From Hormiphora californensis (lineage: Eukaryota > Animalia > Ctenophora), in assembly GCA_020137815.1 (NCBI GenBank), contig CM035351.1, positions 1 to 64,000 on the forward strand: a stretch of DNA of 64,000 nucleotides, read 5' to 3'. Positions 1 through 13,379 of this stretch are shown piece after piece. The translations under genes were made by a program, and so were the position numbers. A model generated the notes under the pieces. It had not been told where the DNA came from. It searched no databases and saw only the letters and a program-made list of their open reading frames with translations. Position 1 is the stretch's first letter. Each line of letters begins with the position of its first letter.

Positions 1-595
1 ACTAACCCTAACCCTAACCCTAACCCTAACCCTAACCCTAACCCTAACCCTAACCCTAACCCTAACCCTAACCCTAACCCTAACCCTAACCCTAACCCTA
101 ACCCTAACCCTAACCCTAACCCTAACCCTAACCCTAACCCTAACCCTAACCCTAACCCTAACCCTAACCCTAACCCTAACCCTAACCCTAACCCTAACCC
201 TAACCCTAACCCTAACCCTAACCCTAACCCTAACCCTAACCCTAACCCTAACCCTAACCCTAACCCTAACCCTAACCCTAACCCTAACCCTAACCCTAAC
301 CCTAACCCTAACCCTAACCCTAACCCTAACCCTAACCCTAACCCTAACCCTAACCCTAACCCTAACCCTAACCCTAACCCTAACCCTAACCCTAACCCTA
401 ACCCTAACCCTAACCCTAACCCTAACCCTAACCCTAACCCTAACCCTAACCCTAACCCTAACCCTAACCCTAACCCTAACCCTAACCCTAACCCTAACCC
501 TAACCCTAACCCTAACCCTAACCCTAACCCTAACCCTAACCCTAACCCTAACCCTAACCCTAACCCTAACCCTAACCCTAACCCTAACCCTAACC
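1..595. repeat. Telomeric (CCCTAA)n array, chromosome end
   Basis: About 99 tandem CCCTAA units from base 1; metazoan TTAGGG-type telomere. Confidence 0.99.
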
Positions 596-853
596 TGTAT
601 CCTCCAGCCTTTTCGTTACGCGAATGAAGGTGATTATCCAAGAAAAAACATGAAACATTCCTTGAGAAAACAGGCATTAGTGCAGTTATTGTCTTATACT
701 GCCGCGTTCCCCTTTTCAACACTGTCTGGCTGGAGAGGGGCGAGAATGGGAGAGAAAAAAGGGGTAGCTGTCAAGTGAATACCTGCAACAATGGGAGAAA
801 ATTATGACACCAAGTGTCACTAACTATTATAGCTATGTATCTGTGCATTAATC

Positions 854-1612
854 TAACGGGTGATAACTAAAAGATGTCACAAATTTAAAACAGCTGTAGA
901 ATTTTTCCTTTTGAGATACAGCTTTGGGCCAGTTATAAAACGATTTTTCAGACAATTTTGAATCGGAATATTATACCGGCAAAGACTAAACAGTTCGTTT
1001 TCATTGCGATATCACATCATTTCCTTTTGCCCCACCAAAGCATTTAGTACGTGAAATTTACACACTCTTCTAGCACCTCTAGCACCTGTTCTGTTCAAGA
1101 TTCAGCTTTGGGACAGTGATAGAATAATTTATCAGACAATTTTTAACGAAATTAACTTTGTTTTAAACTTCATAAATCTCAATTTCCTGATCAGAATCTT
1201 CTGTAACAAAGCGTAGTTTACAGGTAATTTGAGAAATCGCCATTTCGACGATCTCTTGAAACATTAATGACCGTGAAAACCAATTTCTTAATGAGCTAAA
1301 ATGTTCAAACTTGGCAGTTATGTTGACTATAGCATGAACAACCAAACCTCCAATTATTAGAATTTTATCTCATCGAAAAAGTCATTTTTGATCACATAGA
1401 AGTTTCAAATCTCCGTACTACATGCTTTGGTGGGATAAGATGAAATGATCAGATATCGCAATAAAAATGAACTTTTTAGGTTTTGCCGGTATACTATTCC
1501 GATTCAAAATTGTCTGAAAAATCGTTCTATAACTGGTCCGAAGCTGTATCTCATAAGGGAAAAATTCTACAGCTGTTTTAAATTTGTGACATCTTTTAGT
1601 TATCACCCGTTA
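854..1612. mobile_element. MITE with ~200-bp TIRs
   Basis: Ends taacgggtgataactaaaagatgtcac / gtgacatcttttagttatcacccgtta; arms ~854-1058 and ~1406-1612. Confidence 0.85.
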
Positions 1613-1635
1613 AATAAAACCCAGATAGTACAGGC

Positions 1636-1915
1636 CAGGGTGGTTCAGAAACATGGAGCCACTTGGAGATAAAAGTTGGAAAAATACAATCCTCTCTCTA
1701 TTGTACGTATCCAAATTTCAACGTGTTACCCTGTCCGTTGACAGGCTGATAATTTTTAGGAAAGAGTGACTCTCTGTCGATCTCAATCCTCAGGGGACGC
1801 TTTTTCTAGTCAAGATACTGTGAAAGTACGTTTCTAATTACACTGTACATCGGAGAGCGAACTGTATTGACACATTAGTTATCTCAAAGTGGCTCCATGT
1901 TTATGAACCACCCTG
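1636..1915. mobile_element. Small Tc1/mariner-like MITE
   Basis: TIRs cagggtggttcagaaacatggagccactt / aagtggctccatgtttatgaaccaccctg. Confidence 0.75.
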
Positions 1916-2149
1916 TATTATATTTTCTACAATATTATGTTACCTCCCGTTTTTTGGGAGTCTGTAAGTTAAATATTTTCTGAGATACACCAGACAAAGT
2001 TGAAAGGGGGAACGCGGCAGTAGACAATGACTGCACTAATGCCTGTTTTCTCCAGGAATATTTCATGTTTTTTCTTGGATAATCACCTTCATTCGCGTGA
2101 CGAAAAGGCTGGAGGATGCAGGTTCCTCCGCGCGAAATTTCCATGGGGG

Positions 2150-2205
2150 TAACCCTAACCCCTAGCCCCTAGCCCTTAACCCCTAGGCCCTAACCCAACC
2201 CTAAA
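2150..2205. repeat. Degenerate telomere-variant repeats
   Basis: taaccctaacc cctagcccct ... taacccaaccctaa. Confidence 0.75.
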
Positions 2206-2283
2206 ACACGTATTTCTCCCAGAAATTAATGTGAATTGTCTAATCTTTGTAATCAAACTCAATTTCAAAAAGACTAAAACTCT

Positions 2284-2440
2284 TTAAAGTGAGAGAGAAC
2301 AGCAGGGATTTTCACAAAAAGTTTTCTGGTTACTACTTGATGGCTAACTAAAACTTTAGTGAAAACCGCATGTTAGTTAGCCATCAAGGAGTATCCAGAT
2401 AACTTTTTGTGAAAATCCCTGCTGTTCTCTCTCACTTTAA
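2284..2440. mobile_element. Hairpin MITE
   Basis: tttaaagtgagagagaacagcagggattttcacaaaaagtt ... aactttttgtgaaaatccctgctgttctctctcactttaaa. Confidence 0.8.
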
Positions 2441-2531
2441 ACTTCAGCGAAAATACAGAAACAGTGTCACATTACATAGAACCAACTAATAATATATGGT
2501 CAAGTTAGCGATAGTTCTTTACCCCCGGCTA

Positions 2532-2874
2532 GTTCCATGGGCAGAACTCCGCAAAAGGATCTGCCGTTTGAAAGTGAGCACTTCGGTTCCACGGGAAGAA
2601 AAATACTGACACACAGCCGCACAAACTTCGTGTGAGATGGTTTTTCACGCCCTAATTAAGCATGGTGTGAAAGAGAGATCTACTGAGTTATTTCATTGAT
2701 CAATTAGATGTGTGAATAACACCCTCCCGAGGGGCTACCAAAAAGGCCGAATTACGCCTTTTAGGCGTAATTCGGCCTGTGCACAAGGCGTAATTCTGCG
2801 GCGTAATTCGGCCGCAGAATTCAGCCTAAAAGGCGTAATTCAGCCTAAATTTGGCCGAATTCTGCCCATGGAAC
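2532..2874. mobile_element. MITE with internal GGCGTAATTC repeats
   Basis: TIRs gttccatgggcagaa / ttctgcccatggaac. Confidence 0.6.
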
Positions 2875-3293
2875 AAGGGTGTTAGGGTTTCACTCATAGA
2901 AGAAGAAGAAGAAGATGGTCAAGTTCATCTTTGCGAACAACCATTAATATGCAACGTTTATCATATAAAAGAGTGATGAGATCCATACAAGAATTATTGT
3001 TGAAGGTCCAATCGTGGTCGCTGAGTTTACTTCTGAAACAGAAGAATCTGAGTTCGATGCTGGGGATTTTAAGAGCGGTTAATATTAATAGTCGGTCGTG
3101 GGAAGTCATCTCCAGAAATAAGGTATATAATTTGGCATTTATTATCCAAAAAGCGAGGAATGTGAATTAATAATTCGAAGAGAACAGTCGGAAGTAACCC
3201 GAACGTACTGCCAGAGAAAATCAATACTTCAAAATTCCTACCTTTAGCGGCCTGTTCGTATAAACACGTGAATTCCAAATACAATATACTTAC

Positions 3294-6200
3294 CAATGCA
3301 CTGTGGTACATCATTTGACCACGATCCATCCTGCTGACAAGTCAATGTTTCACTTCCATTTCCAAGGTTATGGTTGGCAGCACACTCAATGGTTACAGTG
3401 TCCCCTGTTAGTGCAGTCCAGCTTTCTTGTGTTGATCCCTCAACAGAAAATGCAGGACACTCTGGTGCTAAATTGAAGAAGTTGGTGAGTTTATTGTAAA
3501 GAAAATTCCGAGCAACAATAACCATCACAATTGGGTTTTAAGAAATTTTCCCATGGTCAATGATCCAGATTTCTGATGAGAAAGAGACTCGACAGTCGAC
3601 ATTTTGAGGTTGTGATTGTGAAGGTTATTTGCCGCAGACGCGGCGTCTAGACGCCGTCCAGAAGGTACCGTCTAGACGGATTTTGCCCCGGGCGGCGTCT
3701 AGAGGTTGTTTAGACTTGTTATGTTCTAACCCTAGACTTGTTATGTTCTAACCTTCGGGCGGGGCGCGTGAAACAGAGTCTAGCTAGGTAATTCTAGACG
3801 GAGTCATGTCAGATGGGCTTGAAACGTGCGTCTGAAGCCCTTTTAGACGCACGTCTGAAATGGTCTCTACCCGTTATAGACGGAGTTAGACGGAGTTGGA
3901 CGAAATCAGGCGGAGTTTGGCGAAATCAGACGGAGTTGGACAAAATCAGACGGTACTTTCTCAAGCTCGAGTCATTGCTCCAACCCCTGATTCAGGGGTG
4001 GAGCAATGACCATGGGAAATTTTGCTATTGTTACATGGGGTATCGCTCTGTAGATTTATTTCCAATTTTGTGACCCCTTTTGTGTGAGATATCTCTGGAA
4101 TCTGGATGGACCACTTAAATTCTACAGTGCATCTACTCATTATCTTCATACGTATGTACTATTTAGACCCTTACCTGCTCTATAGAAGTCAGATGCTGTG
4201 TTATCTTTGTTATAGTAAACTTCTATCTGCTCCACAACATTACCACCCCACAGTTCAACACAGTGGTCATCTGAACTATCGGCGAACAGGTAGTTCAGCA
4301 CTTGCACATTGTTACATGTGATGATGATGGCGGTCTTTGTTTTAGTAATCGTCCATATCTTATCCACCTCCACAGGGGGCTGCACTGGCAGGTCTATGTA
4401 GTCGCCGTTGCAGTAGTATATTTCATACTGAATTGGGGATGTGAACTTTACATCTAAATAATCGATCGTGTCGCCGTCCTCATTATACATTGATACCGAG
4501 ATAAGCTCATCACTTCCCATTATAGAGTCCGTCTTTATCTGGAGAGGTGTTCCCTCCAGGTCCCAGGGCATCACACTCCGCTCAACCGCTATCCACTCTG
4601 AAGTACAATGAAATACTATAAATAAACTTAAGGAAATAAATTGATCATAATCCTTTTCTCTCTAACCCTAACCCTAACCCTAACCCTAACGGCTGGTCAG
4701 AATTCCTTGAAATTTTGTAAATCAGCTCCTATTGGTACCAATAGTAACCGTGCAAAAGGATTTTAGAATCCGTCAAACGGTTTTTGTGTTAGCGCATGGG
4801 TCATTTACACGGACGCTTGTAAAGTCCAATTTTTTATTTAAGCGACAGGCCGCCGCGCATCAAAATGCAGCGCTTGAAATCGATTTCCGGTTCCTGATAA
4901 GCTAGCGACTTTTTCTTGGTGCCATTGGAAAGATAAAAATTTTATCTTTCCAACGCAACCAGGATCAAGTCTTTATCTTATCAGGAACCGGAGATATGGC
5001 CAATTAACTAATTGAGTGCGCGGCGGCCTGTCGCTTAAATAAAAAATTCGACTATAGTGGGAAAACGGTAATGGAAAATGGAGATACAGTAAGACGACCC
5101 GCAACCGTGGCCAATCAGGGTGTTAGAACATGCTGAACAAATGCACTTTTTGCCGCGCGTTATGCAAAGTGTGCGTCTCATTACTGTATTTCCATTACGG
5201 TAATGAGACTACAAGCAGCACTGATATGACCCTATCGTCAAAAGGGGTATCCATAAATCGAAATTTTAATTCTGCTATGAGAGGTCATTAAACTGAACTT
5301 AAATGGTTCAGGGACCATCACTGATGTCAAATCAACTAATTTGGACGATCAGAACATAAATCAGGCAACAGGGGACGCCATAAAGTAGGATTTCTATGCT
5401 AAATATTTGAAATAACGTCATATTTTGGCATATAACACGCTTCCAAGAGATTTCTAGTCAATATTTGATCCTAATCTGGTCAGTACTATCATCTGTGATA
5501 CCAAAGAAGGCATTGTTTACACGTTGTAGGGTAGTAGGGGTCAAATAACTAGGGCAAACGTTTCATGTGTCAATTTTTTCAAAACCCCCGTGTGGTGACG
5601 ATAGGGTGATATCTGACCCAAATACAAATTCTGAAGCTTTGTTTGAGTAGAAACTGTTTTTCTAGTTTAGTTCCAACCTTGTAGTGATTACTAAGTTGTT
5701 TTTTCTTGCCCACAACAACTTTTTTGGCCGAGAACTGGCCAAGAAAATGTCTAAAAGCAAGGTTTTCTCTAACGACGATAGGGTCATATCTGACCCGAAT
5801 TTCAAAAAATGACCTCCCATGATGTTGGAAACGGTTTTACGCAAATATTCGCCATCATGATAGTCATAAAACACGAAATTTAGGCAGAACGGACAATTGG
5901 CCTGGTCGTGGGAGCCGTTTGAAAATGTGGTACCCCTTTTGACGATAGGGTCATATATGACCCAAAATTTAAAATGTCTCTAGTTTGTTCATTTTTTGTT
6001 AGTTTTGGTTCCGGCTAGGCTTGTTTTATTCAGTTTGTCTAAGCAAGATCTATGTTTTCTCAACAGGATTTGCTTGTATCATTTCTGGATCAGACGTCAG
6101 GATAGTTCATTAAAAAATGAACAATTAGGCGCTATTCACACTGAAATAGTTCATTAATTACTGGAGTTTTGATTCTGAGATTCAGAAAACTTGAAGGGAA

Positions 6201-6817
6201 AAGCTTTTGTTCAACGCCCAGTATTGCATTTTATCGAATGGGTCATATATGTATGGTCTATCGTCCTCAAAGGGTTAAAAGGGAGGTAAAAATATATCAT
6301 CCGTGCGTTTTGCATGGCTGAACGATGTATTTTTCTGTATCGGTAAATCACTGTCATGGGCCTCGAAGGATTAAATTTATTTCCTTACCTGTGCCTGCTC
6401 TGTAGAAGTCGGATGCTGTGTCATCATTGCTAAACAGGATCTCCTCCACAACATCACCACCTAACTCTGGAACACAGGTGCTCTCTGTACTATCTGCAAA
6501 CACTAAGTTCAGCACCTCCACATTGTTACATGTGATGATGATAGCGGTCTCTGTTTTGTTGATTGTCCAGATCTTGTCCACCTCCACCGGAGGTTGTACT
6601 GGCAGGTCTGGGTAGGCGTAGCCGGTGCTGCAGGAGCTTATATAATACTGCATTGGGGAGGAGAACTTTAGGATCACATTACTTTTCCAGCTGCCGTCCT
6701 TATCGTTCATTGTCACAAAGATCCTGTCATTACTGCCCAGAGTAGAGTCCGTCTTTATCTGGAGAGGTGTTCCCTCCAGGTCCCAGGGTATATTCAAATC
6801 CTTCACAGCTGTCCAGT
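3294..6817 (-). CDS. Partial gene: two tandem ~142-aa WDLEGTPLQIKTDS domains plus a Sushi/CCP domain
   Basis: Symmetric phase-1 exons 6817-6389, 4597-4175 and 3467-3294 with AG/GT borders; Sushi consensus C...C..G..L.C..dG.WS...P.C; start and stop exons not located. Confidence 0.85.
4662..4690. repeat. Interstitial (CCCTAA)~5 tract in intron
   Basis: ctaaccctaaccctaaccctaaccctaac. Confidence 0.9.
5052..5223. mobile_element. Dispersed short repeat/MITE, second copy at ~56160-56340
   Basis: Both copies share tagtgggaaaacggtaatggaaaa...gactacaagcagcactg. Confidence 0.75.
5224..6278. mobile_element. piggyBac-like non-autonomous element
   Basis: Recurrent gacgatagggtcatat motifs; ends ...aaaggg+TTAA. 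Confidence 0.5.
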
Positions 6818-6917
6818 CTGAAATACAACAAAGATACTAACCACTTACGATGAACTTAAGCAAATAAATTTATCACAGTACATTTTATAAACTACAAGCA
6901 TCAAATATATAAGGTTG

Positions 6918-7535
6918 TACAGGGTGTTCATTTTGGATCTTTACAAGCGTTGGGCTTCACCCAGAAAATTTTTTTTCAAGATTAGCTTTTGAAACTTTAT
7001 ACTTGAACTATTCTATACCCTCATTCAAGATTCCTGGTGTTTCCGGAGCTCTAGCACCCCGGGAAGTGTGTTTTTGGTTGCCTTGTTTGAACAAAACAAG
7101 TTTTTGGCATCAAAACTACCAGAAGGAATTTTTTGCTGGTGCTGAAACTTTGCTAAAATGTTTTTTGGGTATTTTCTATGTCAATCCTAAAATTTCATGG
7201 TGATTGGATGTGTTTTTCGGTCTCAGAATTTGGAAAAAATTGGCTGGAAAGACTCTAAAACGGCTAAAAAAATGACATTTTAGAGTCTTTCCAGCCACTT
7301 TTTTCGAAATTCTGAGACCAAAAATTTAGGATTGACATAGAAAATACCCAAAAAACATTTTAGCAAAGTCTCAGCACCAGCAAAAAATTCCTTCTGGTAG
7401 TTTTGATGCCAAAAACACACTTCCTGGGGTGCTAGAGCTCCGGAAACACCAGGAATCTTGAATGAGGGTATAGAATAGTTCAAGTATGAAGTTTCAAAAG
7501 CTAATCTTGAAAACTTTTTTTCTGGGTGAAGCTTG
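6918..7535. mobile_element. Foldback MITE
   Basis: ~6955-7258 is the reverse complement of ~7279-7532; starts tacagggtg. Confidence 0.8.
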
Positions 7536-9255
7536 TTATGAAACATAATGCAGTTATTCTTGTTTAATACATATAATTTTTCCTTGTGTAGTTCTAAAGA
7601 GAGCTTATTTATTAAGTGTGCTTAAAGTTTCGTTGAAGAGCACCTGGAGTGTGAAATTCCCAGCACATAGGAATGGAGCCAAGGATGTCAGGAATAAAGG
7701 TAGCGTAGAACCGTTATTTTTTGCTTCAAAAGATCCGATTCTATTAAAAGTGGCCGAGGGAAATTATTTATGGGACACTCTAATATTTAAGTATTATGTG
7801 GTGTACCGCTCTGAATCTAAGCAGTGCAGTTGGACTCATGATCCAGCCCTGTCTGACTGAGCGGTATACTAAAAACCTTTTATTTATTATGACGAACCTG
7901 TGAGAACAACTGTTCCAAACAATGCAGCTGTGAAGAGAAGGATACGTATCATTTTAACACACATGTCACTAAAAATAAAAGAGTGTGTTGAGTAAACCGT
8001 AAGCTTTTTATTGAGCTACAAAAATCGACTTTTTTATATACTTAGTTGGTGACAAGAAAATCAAAATGAAAATCGAAAGACTTCGCCTCTGAAAGACTTC
8101 GTCTCCGAAGGAATAAGTTAAGCGCCCGGAAGCAGAGGGGTGACGTCTGAGTGTCTGACGAGCCTAAAAGACAAAAGTTCAGGAAAATGATAAATAATAT
8201 AACCCGTTGCTGTATTTCCCTCCTCGGAGCCCTCATTGAATAAGGAGCTTGTAAAAGTTTTACGAGCTTATTTGGGCACATCGGCAATTCCCTGTACGTA
8301 GTGTGCGACGAATTCGTGCCACCCCCATGGCGCCTCCGACGTTAATTCAAGGGCTCCGAAGAGTCCTCATAGTTACTGAGTATGATAAAAAAGTTCAGGA
8401 AAGGAACGGCCATATAGAGACCATACTATTACTAATGCGATGACATGACGAACTATTTAAAAAATCACATAACAATGTTACGCCCAAACGTAAACAAATA
8501 ATTAATGTTGCACCCCATGCCGGCAGTGTCTAGTCTATAACTTATAGTTCAAGTAAGAGTTCGTATAAATCGATATCTGGCGACTGACTTGGCCACATTG
8601 ATGCCTGAGTGAGATCGAGGTCGCACAGCGACCGAGATCGATCTCACATACATTCGCGGAGCGAGAATAGGTTGCAATGGAGCCAAGCGACTGACTTGTA
8701 GGGTATAATACAACTGACTAATAAATTTTAGAGCTAAACGGCTGTTCCGAACAGTAGAGTATTGGAAATGCAAAACAAAGAACTGAGCCCTCTGTGGTGG
8801 ACGATTGAGCTATATAGAGAGAGAGCACGGATAACTTGTGGAAGAGGCAACACGGTGCTCTGCGGTAACAGTGTAACAGGCGCAAGCTCTCCAACACGGT
8901 GTTTCGTTAGCCAGGGGAGGAGGCGGCCATTACCTGGGAAGGAGGCGTAATGGGCCACTCTCTCTCCAACTGTGTCCGAGTGAATGCTTTCCCAATGTTC
9001 TAGCACTAAAAATAGTGCTGAAAATAGTAATCCCTCACTCTCCCTCCTTCTCTGATCCCTCCCTTTCCCTTTCTCTCTCTGTCTCCCTCTCTTTCTCTCT
9101 CCATCTCCATCTCCCTCTCCCAGCTCCCTCCCTCTCCATCACTCCCTCTCTCTAACTGTGCACTGTCAGAGTGCTTTACCCATGTTCTATAGAACCGAAA
9201 ATACTTGACTTCCCCCTCCCTCACTTGACTTCCCCCTCCCTCACTCTCTCTTTCT

Positions 9256-9296
<41 letters not shown>

Positions 9297-9332
9297 CCTC
9301 CCCCCTCTCTTTCTCTCTCTCTTTCTCTCTAA

Positions 9333-9570
<238 letters not shown>

Positions 9571-9682
9571 AACTGAACGGCGGATTTATATGTGCTTGGC
9601 CAAGGGTCAATAGAAATCAATATCCCTCAAATCCTTCCTGAAAAACTACGGAGGTAACCAGTAATGTCAGCATTCAGAGAAT

Positions 9683-9886
9683 TTGCACGCACTTGAGCAG
9701 AGAGGAACGGGTACGGCCGGTGAAAGTGGTTTCAGGGCTATCCTGGGCAAGGCAGCACGGCTGAAAGAGTCAAAGACTTTACGTTGCAGTGCCTTTGGCT
9801 CCTGCACTGATAGGACATTAGAGGAGAGAGTTGAGAGGAGAACATTAGTTGCCAACTTGAGAGAGGAGAGAATCAGAGCTACCTAG
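9683..9886 (+). pseudogene. LINE ORF1 C-terminal fragment
   Basis: ILGKAARLKES...DRTLEERVERRTLV resembles LLRKAKQLRDS...DLTPEEQRERKTLV of 44916-45974. Confidence 0.6.
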
Positions 9887-10056
9887 ATAAAGTGTGGGTT
9901 AATAGACAGGGATCAGTTGTGGGAACTGAGATCAGTGATTCTGATGTGTGAGAGGTCACTAGGTCAGAGTTGAAAGAGTGAGATGTTAATTGTTAGAGTA
10001 TAATAATGCTAATGACGAGTTTGTGGATCATCTTTTGAGTGTGAACCTTCTCCCGT

Positions 10057-11447
10057 TTAAAGGGATACTGACATATTCAAATCGACCATCTCAAATTTTA
10101 GTAAAACATTGCTCAATCACATCATCTGAGAGAATAAATACATTGTGTCGAAGTCCGAGCTCTCTACTCCCTCTACTTCTCAAGATATAGGGACCCGAAT
10201 ATTAGCACCTCCTAATTGGTTATGGTAAGAGGAGGAGACCAGTATTACAGATTACAGGTAAACACGAGCCTGTTTATATGTCATTATCTCAGCTAATACA
10301 CATGCGATTTTGACCGGGTTTTTTCTAAAAACTTTAAGACCACTTCTAGTTTCCGTTTTTTGTTTCCATTTGTCTCTAGTCTTGTCATGAATAGATAGAA
10401 CTATAACTAAGCAAGACCGTGATTTTTTTGAAATGTATGCCTTCTTAGAACAATATTATCATGGTATTCAGTAACTAATGTCAATCAGACTTGGCTGTAC
10501 TTCCTCAATTTTACATACAAATTGTTAATATTTAGCCCATAGTCAATAACATAGTCAATAGTTATTAACTATTCAGCCCTGAAATGAATATTGTATCCTA
10601 GGAGAGTATAAACTGAAAAATTTAGCCAACTAATTGGTATAAAAGGCAAAACCACTAGACCCGACTAATTTTGATACGTTGAATCACGTGAGCAACTTTG
10701 GCAAGCGCTCAGGGGTGGAGAAAGTGCCCTAATTGAGCATAATCGGGTCTAATTGATCGTAACTGTAACTTATCGCATGAAAACATTATCAATTCATGTG
10801 AGAGCACTATCCCCACTAATTTTGATACGCTGAATCACGTAAGCGGCTTTTCCAAGCCGTCAGAGGTGAAGAAAGTGTCCTAATTGAGCATAATTCAGTC
10901 TAATTGGCGATAATTGCATTTTCAACTGGAAATGCTGAAAGATCGCATGTGAGGGCACTTTACACACTAATTTTGATACGCTGAAACACATGAACAACTT
11001 TTCCAAGTCCTTAGAGGTCGGCAAAGTGCCCTAATTGACCATAATTGGGTCTAATTTACAATGCACTCCAGTTCACCTCAAACTGAAATGTTTACTTGTT
11101 TATTTACTGATACTTTTAGTCATTCTGATACATCATAAGAAAATACTAAAAATTTAAAACATTTCTCACTTCCAGAAAAAAATCCGGTCAAAATCGTGCA
11201 TGTGAAAGTTGAGATATTGACAGATAAACAGACTCGTGTTTACACTTTACATGTTATTTGCAATACAACTCTCCCCCTTTACCATAACCAATTACGAAGT
11301 GCTAAAAGGTGGGGCCCTATATCTTGAGAACGAGAGGGAGTAGAGAGTTCGCACTTCGACTAATCCTATTTTTATCTCCCAACCAGTTACCACACCCAGG
11401 ATCGTTGAAAAAGTCAAAATTTTTTGAATATGTCAGTATCCCTTTAA
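10057..11447. mobile_element. Kolobok-like non-autonomous element with long imperfect TIRs and internal ~153-bp tandem repeats
   Basis: ttaaagggatactgacatattcaa / ttgaatatgtcagtatccctttaa; three ctaattttgatacg units at 10665-11060. Confidence 0.65.
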
Positions 11448-11499
11448 GCAGCTTTTCGAGTTCAACGATCTCAGATTGTTTTACAAGATTGTGTATGTG

Positions 11500-11770
11500 G
11501 TATGGTATAATTAGCATCACTGTCCCTCAGTACATTCAACTGATCAACCCCAGCACACTCAGGGCTACCCGTCAGAACAGTGACGGTCGTGACAGAACGA
11601 CACTAGTTTTCATGTCTGCCTACAATACGAATACTCATAGGGCTCTTAGGACTAGCTTTTTTCACCAAGTCACTGACTTCTGGAATAATCTACCTTACCC
11701 TATCAGACAGAGTGAATCTTTGACTGAGTTTGTCCGTCTCACTAAGAAACACCATATTGAGTCCATTGTA
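11500..11770 (+). pseudogene. LINE ORF2 3' end fragment
   Basis: RTSFFHQVTDFWNNLPYPIRQSESLTEF is a typical WNxLP RT-tail motif. Confidence 0.65.
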
Positions 11771-11943
11771 CCCAGTAACGTTCGATATAGTACACTCTAC
11801 ACCTCCGCTTCCCCCTACCCCTTCCCACTCTGTTCATGTTCACAGTCTGAGATATGAGGCTGCTCCACTTTTGGGATAGCAGCCCAGTCGGGTAGGTATT
11901 TTCTACCCCCTCTCTTTAGTACTTCAATTTCCGTGACGAGGCT

Positions 11944-12281
11944 TAGTGTCTGACGGTGTATAAGGTCCAAATGAGGCACGGAGTTTTTCTGAATCAGCTT
12001 TTCAAGACGAATCCAACGCAACCGGAATTAGCTTTCTATCTTAACGGGAAGGTTCGGTTCACTCACACTCATTTTTAGTCATTTTTACCGCGCGAGCCAA
12101 TCAGAGGCCAGAATTTCGAAATCCATCCCTCTGATTGGCTCGCGCGGCCAAAAATGAAAAAAATGAACCACACCTTCCCAATAAGATAGAAAGCTAATTC
12201 CGGTTGCGTTGGATTCGTCTTGAAAAGCTGATTCAGAAAAGCTCCGTGCCTCATTTGGACCTTATACACCGTCAGACACTA
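11944..12281. mobile_element. hAT-type MITE (338 bp), copy 1
   Basis: TIRs tagtgtctgacggtgtataagg; 8-bp TSD acgaggct. Confidence 0.92.
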
Positions 12282-13379
12282 ACGAGGCTTTTGCAGTATT
12301 TTACTAGCCTTCTATCAGGTTCTCAGGGCCCCTTAGCTGCAGCAGACGCTGTGTGGGGTCCCTAATGTGTACGGTTTTTATGTGTGAATTGAATTCCTTG
12401 TATGTACTTATTGTACACCTAAAATAGTTCTTCCCAGTAAAACTTACCGACACTTACCGACACTTACCGAGCTGTAAATGCAACTTACCGACATCGCGTG
12501 TTTATACTATCAGTGCCACTAGCCACCGTGGTAGCTTTAGTTATATCTTCGCGAAACTTCAAATTTTGAACTTCAGTGTGTCTCCCCCTATGCGGGGTTG
12601 GCCCGATCTGAGGACATTGTTGAGGTCGAGTTAATCAAAAAGAGGCGCCGCCAGACAGTTAATTTTTATAGTGATATGTTGGCAATAACTTGTGTAATGT
12701 TTACTATTATAAATGTGTACCACTAAACACTGTTTAGTAAACAGTGCACATATATGCGCTATATAGTATAGCGTTAAGTTCGGGTAGGGAGAATGCCAAG
12801 GACGATTTGCCACCCTCCCAACGATATAGTGTTTCCCAAAATCAATAAAATTTCCATCCGGTCAAATCTACATTAGGCATCGAATATTATATCTTTACCA
12901 TCTCTTATAATATTTGCCTGGCATGCTTTCACATCGAGGTCCGGTTAGACTCGGCAGTTGTTTCTTCCACAAGTGACATATGTTCTTTGACATATGTTCT
13001 TTGTTTATCATGTTGTTTTACTCAGTAAATTACTGCAACACTGTACATGTATTTGCAGTGAGAGTACTATCTTGTAACTTATACGGAAGTAGAAATTGTA
13101 CACAGTCATAGTTTTCCCAACTGCAGTAGTATACTTGCTATAGTAACAGTTTCCCAACCGCTTCCGTATTGCCCATCACATACCGTGATGTTAGTAAGGC
13201 CGTACCGTTTCGCTGCCTTTTCGCTGCATATCCATTGCTCAGTGAACAAGCTTCACATATTTGTTTATCTCCAGTATGTTTGTGCTATTTTTCATGGCTG
13301 TGCCATCCTGTAGCAGGCACAGTGTGCTAGCTTGTATTCCTCACTTTTCCTCAGTAGAGCGTAAAGAAATCAATAGATC

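Larger units (their letters stand above)
592..2149. mobile_element. Subtelomeric TIR element, left end truncated at the telomere, hosting nested MITEs
   Basis: 592-729 is an imperfect reverse complement of 1990-2124. Confidence 0.8.

Noticed and set aside
8150-8185. ctgacga-gcc...aaaa possible decayed hammerhead
   Set aside because: GAAA box and stems are not intact
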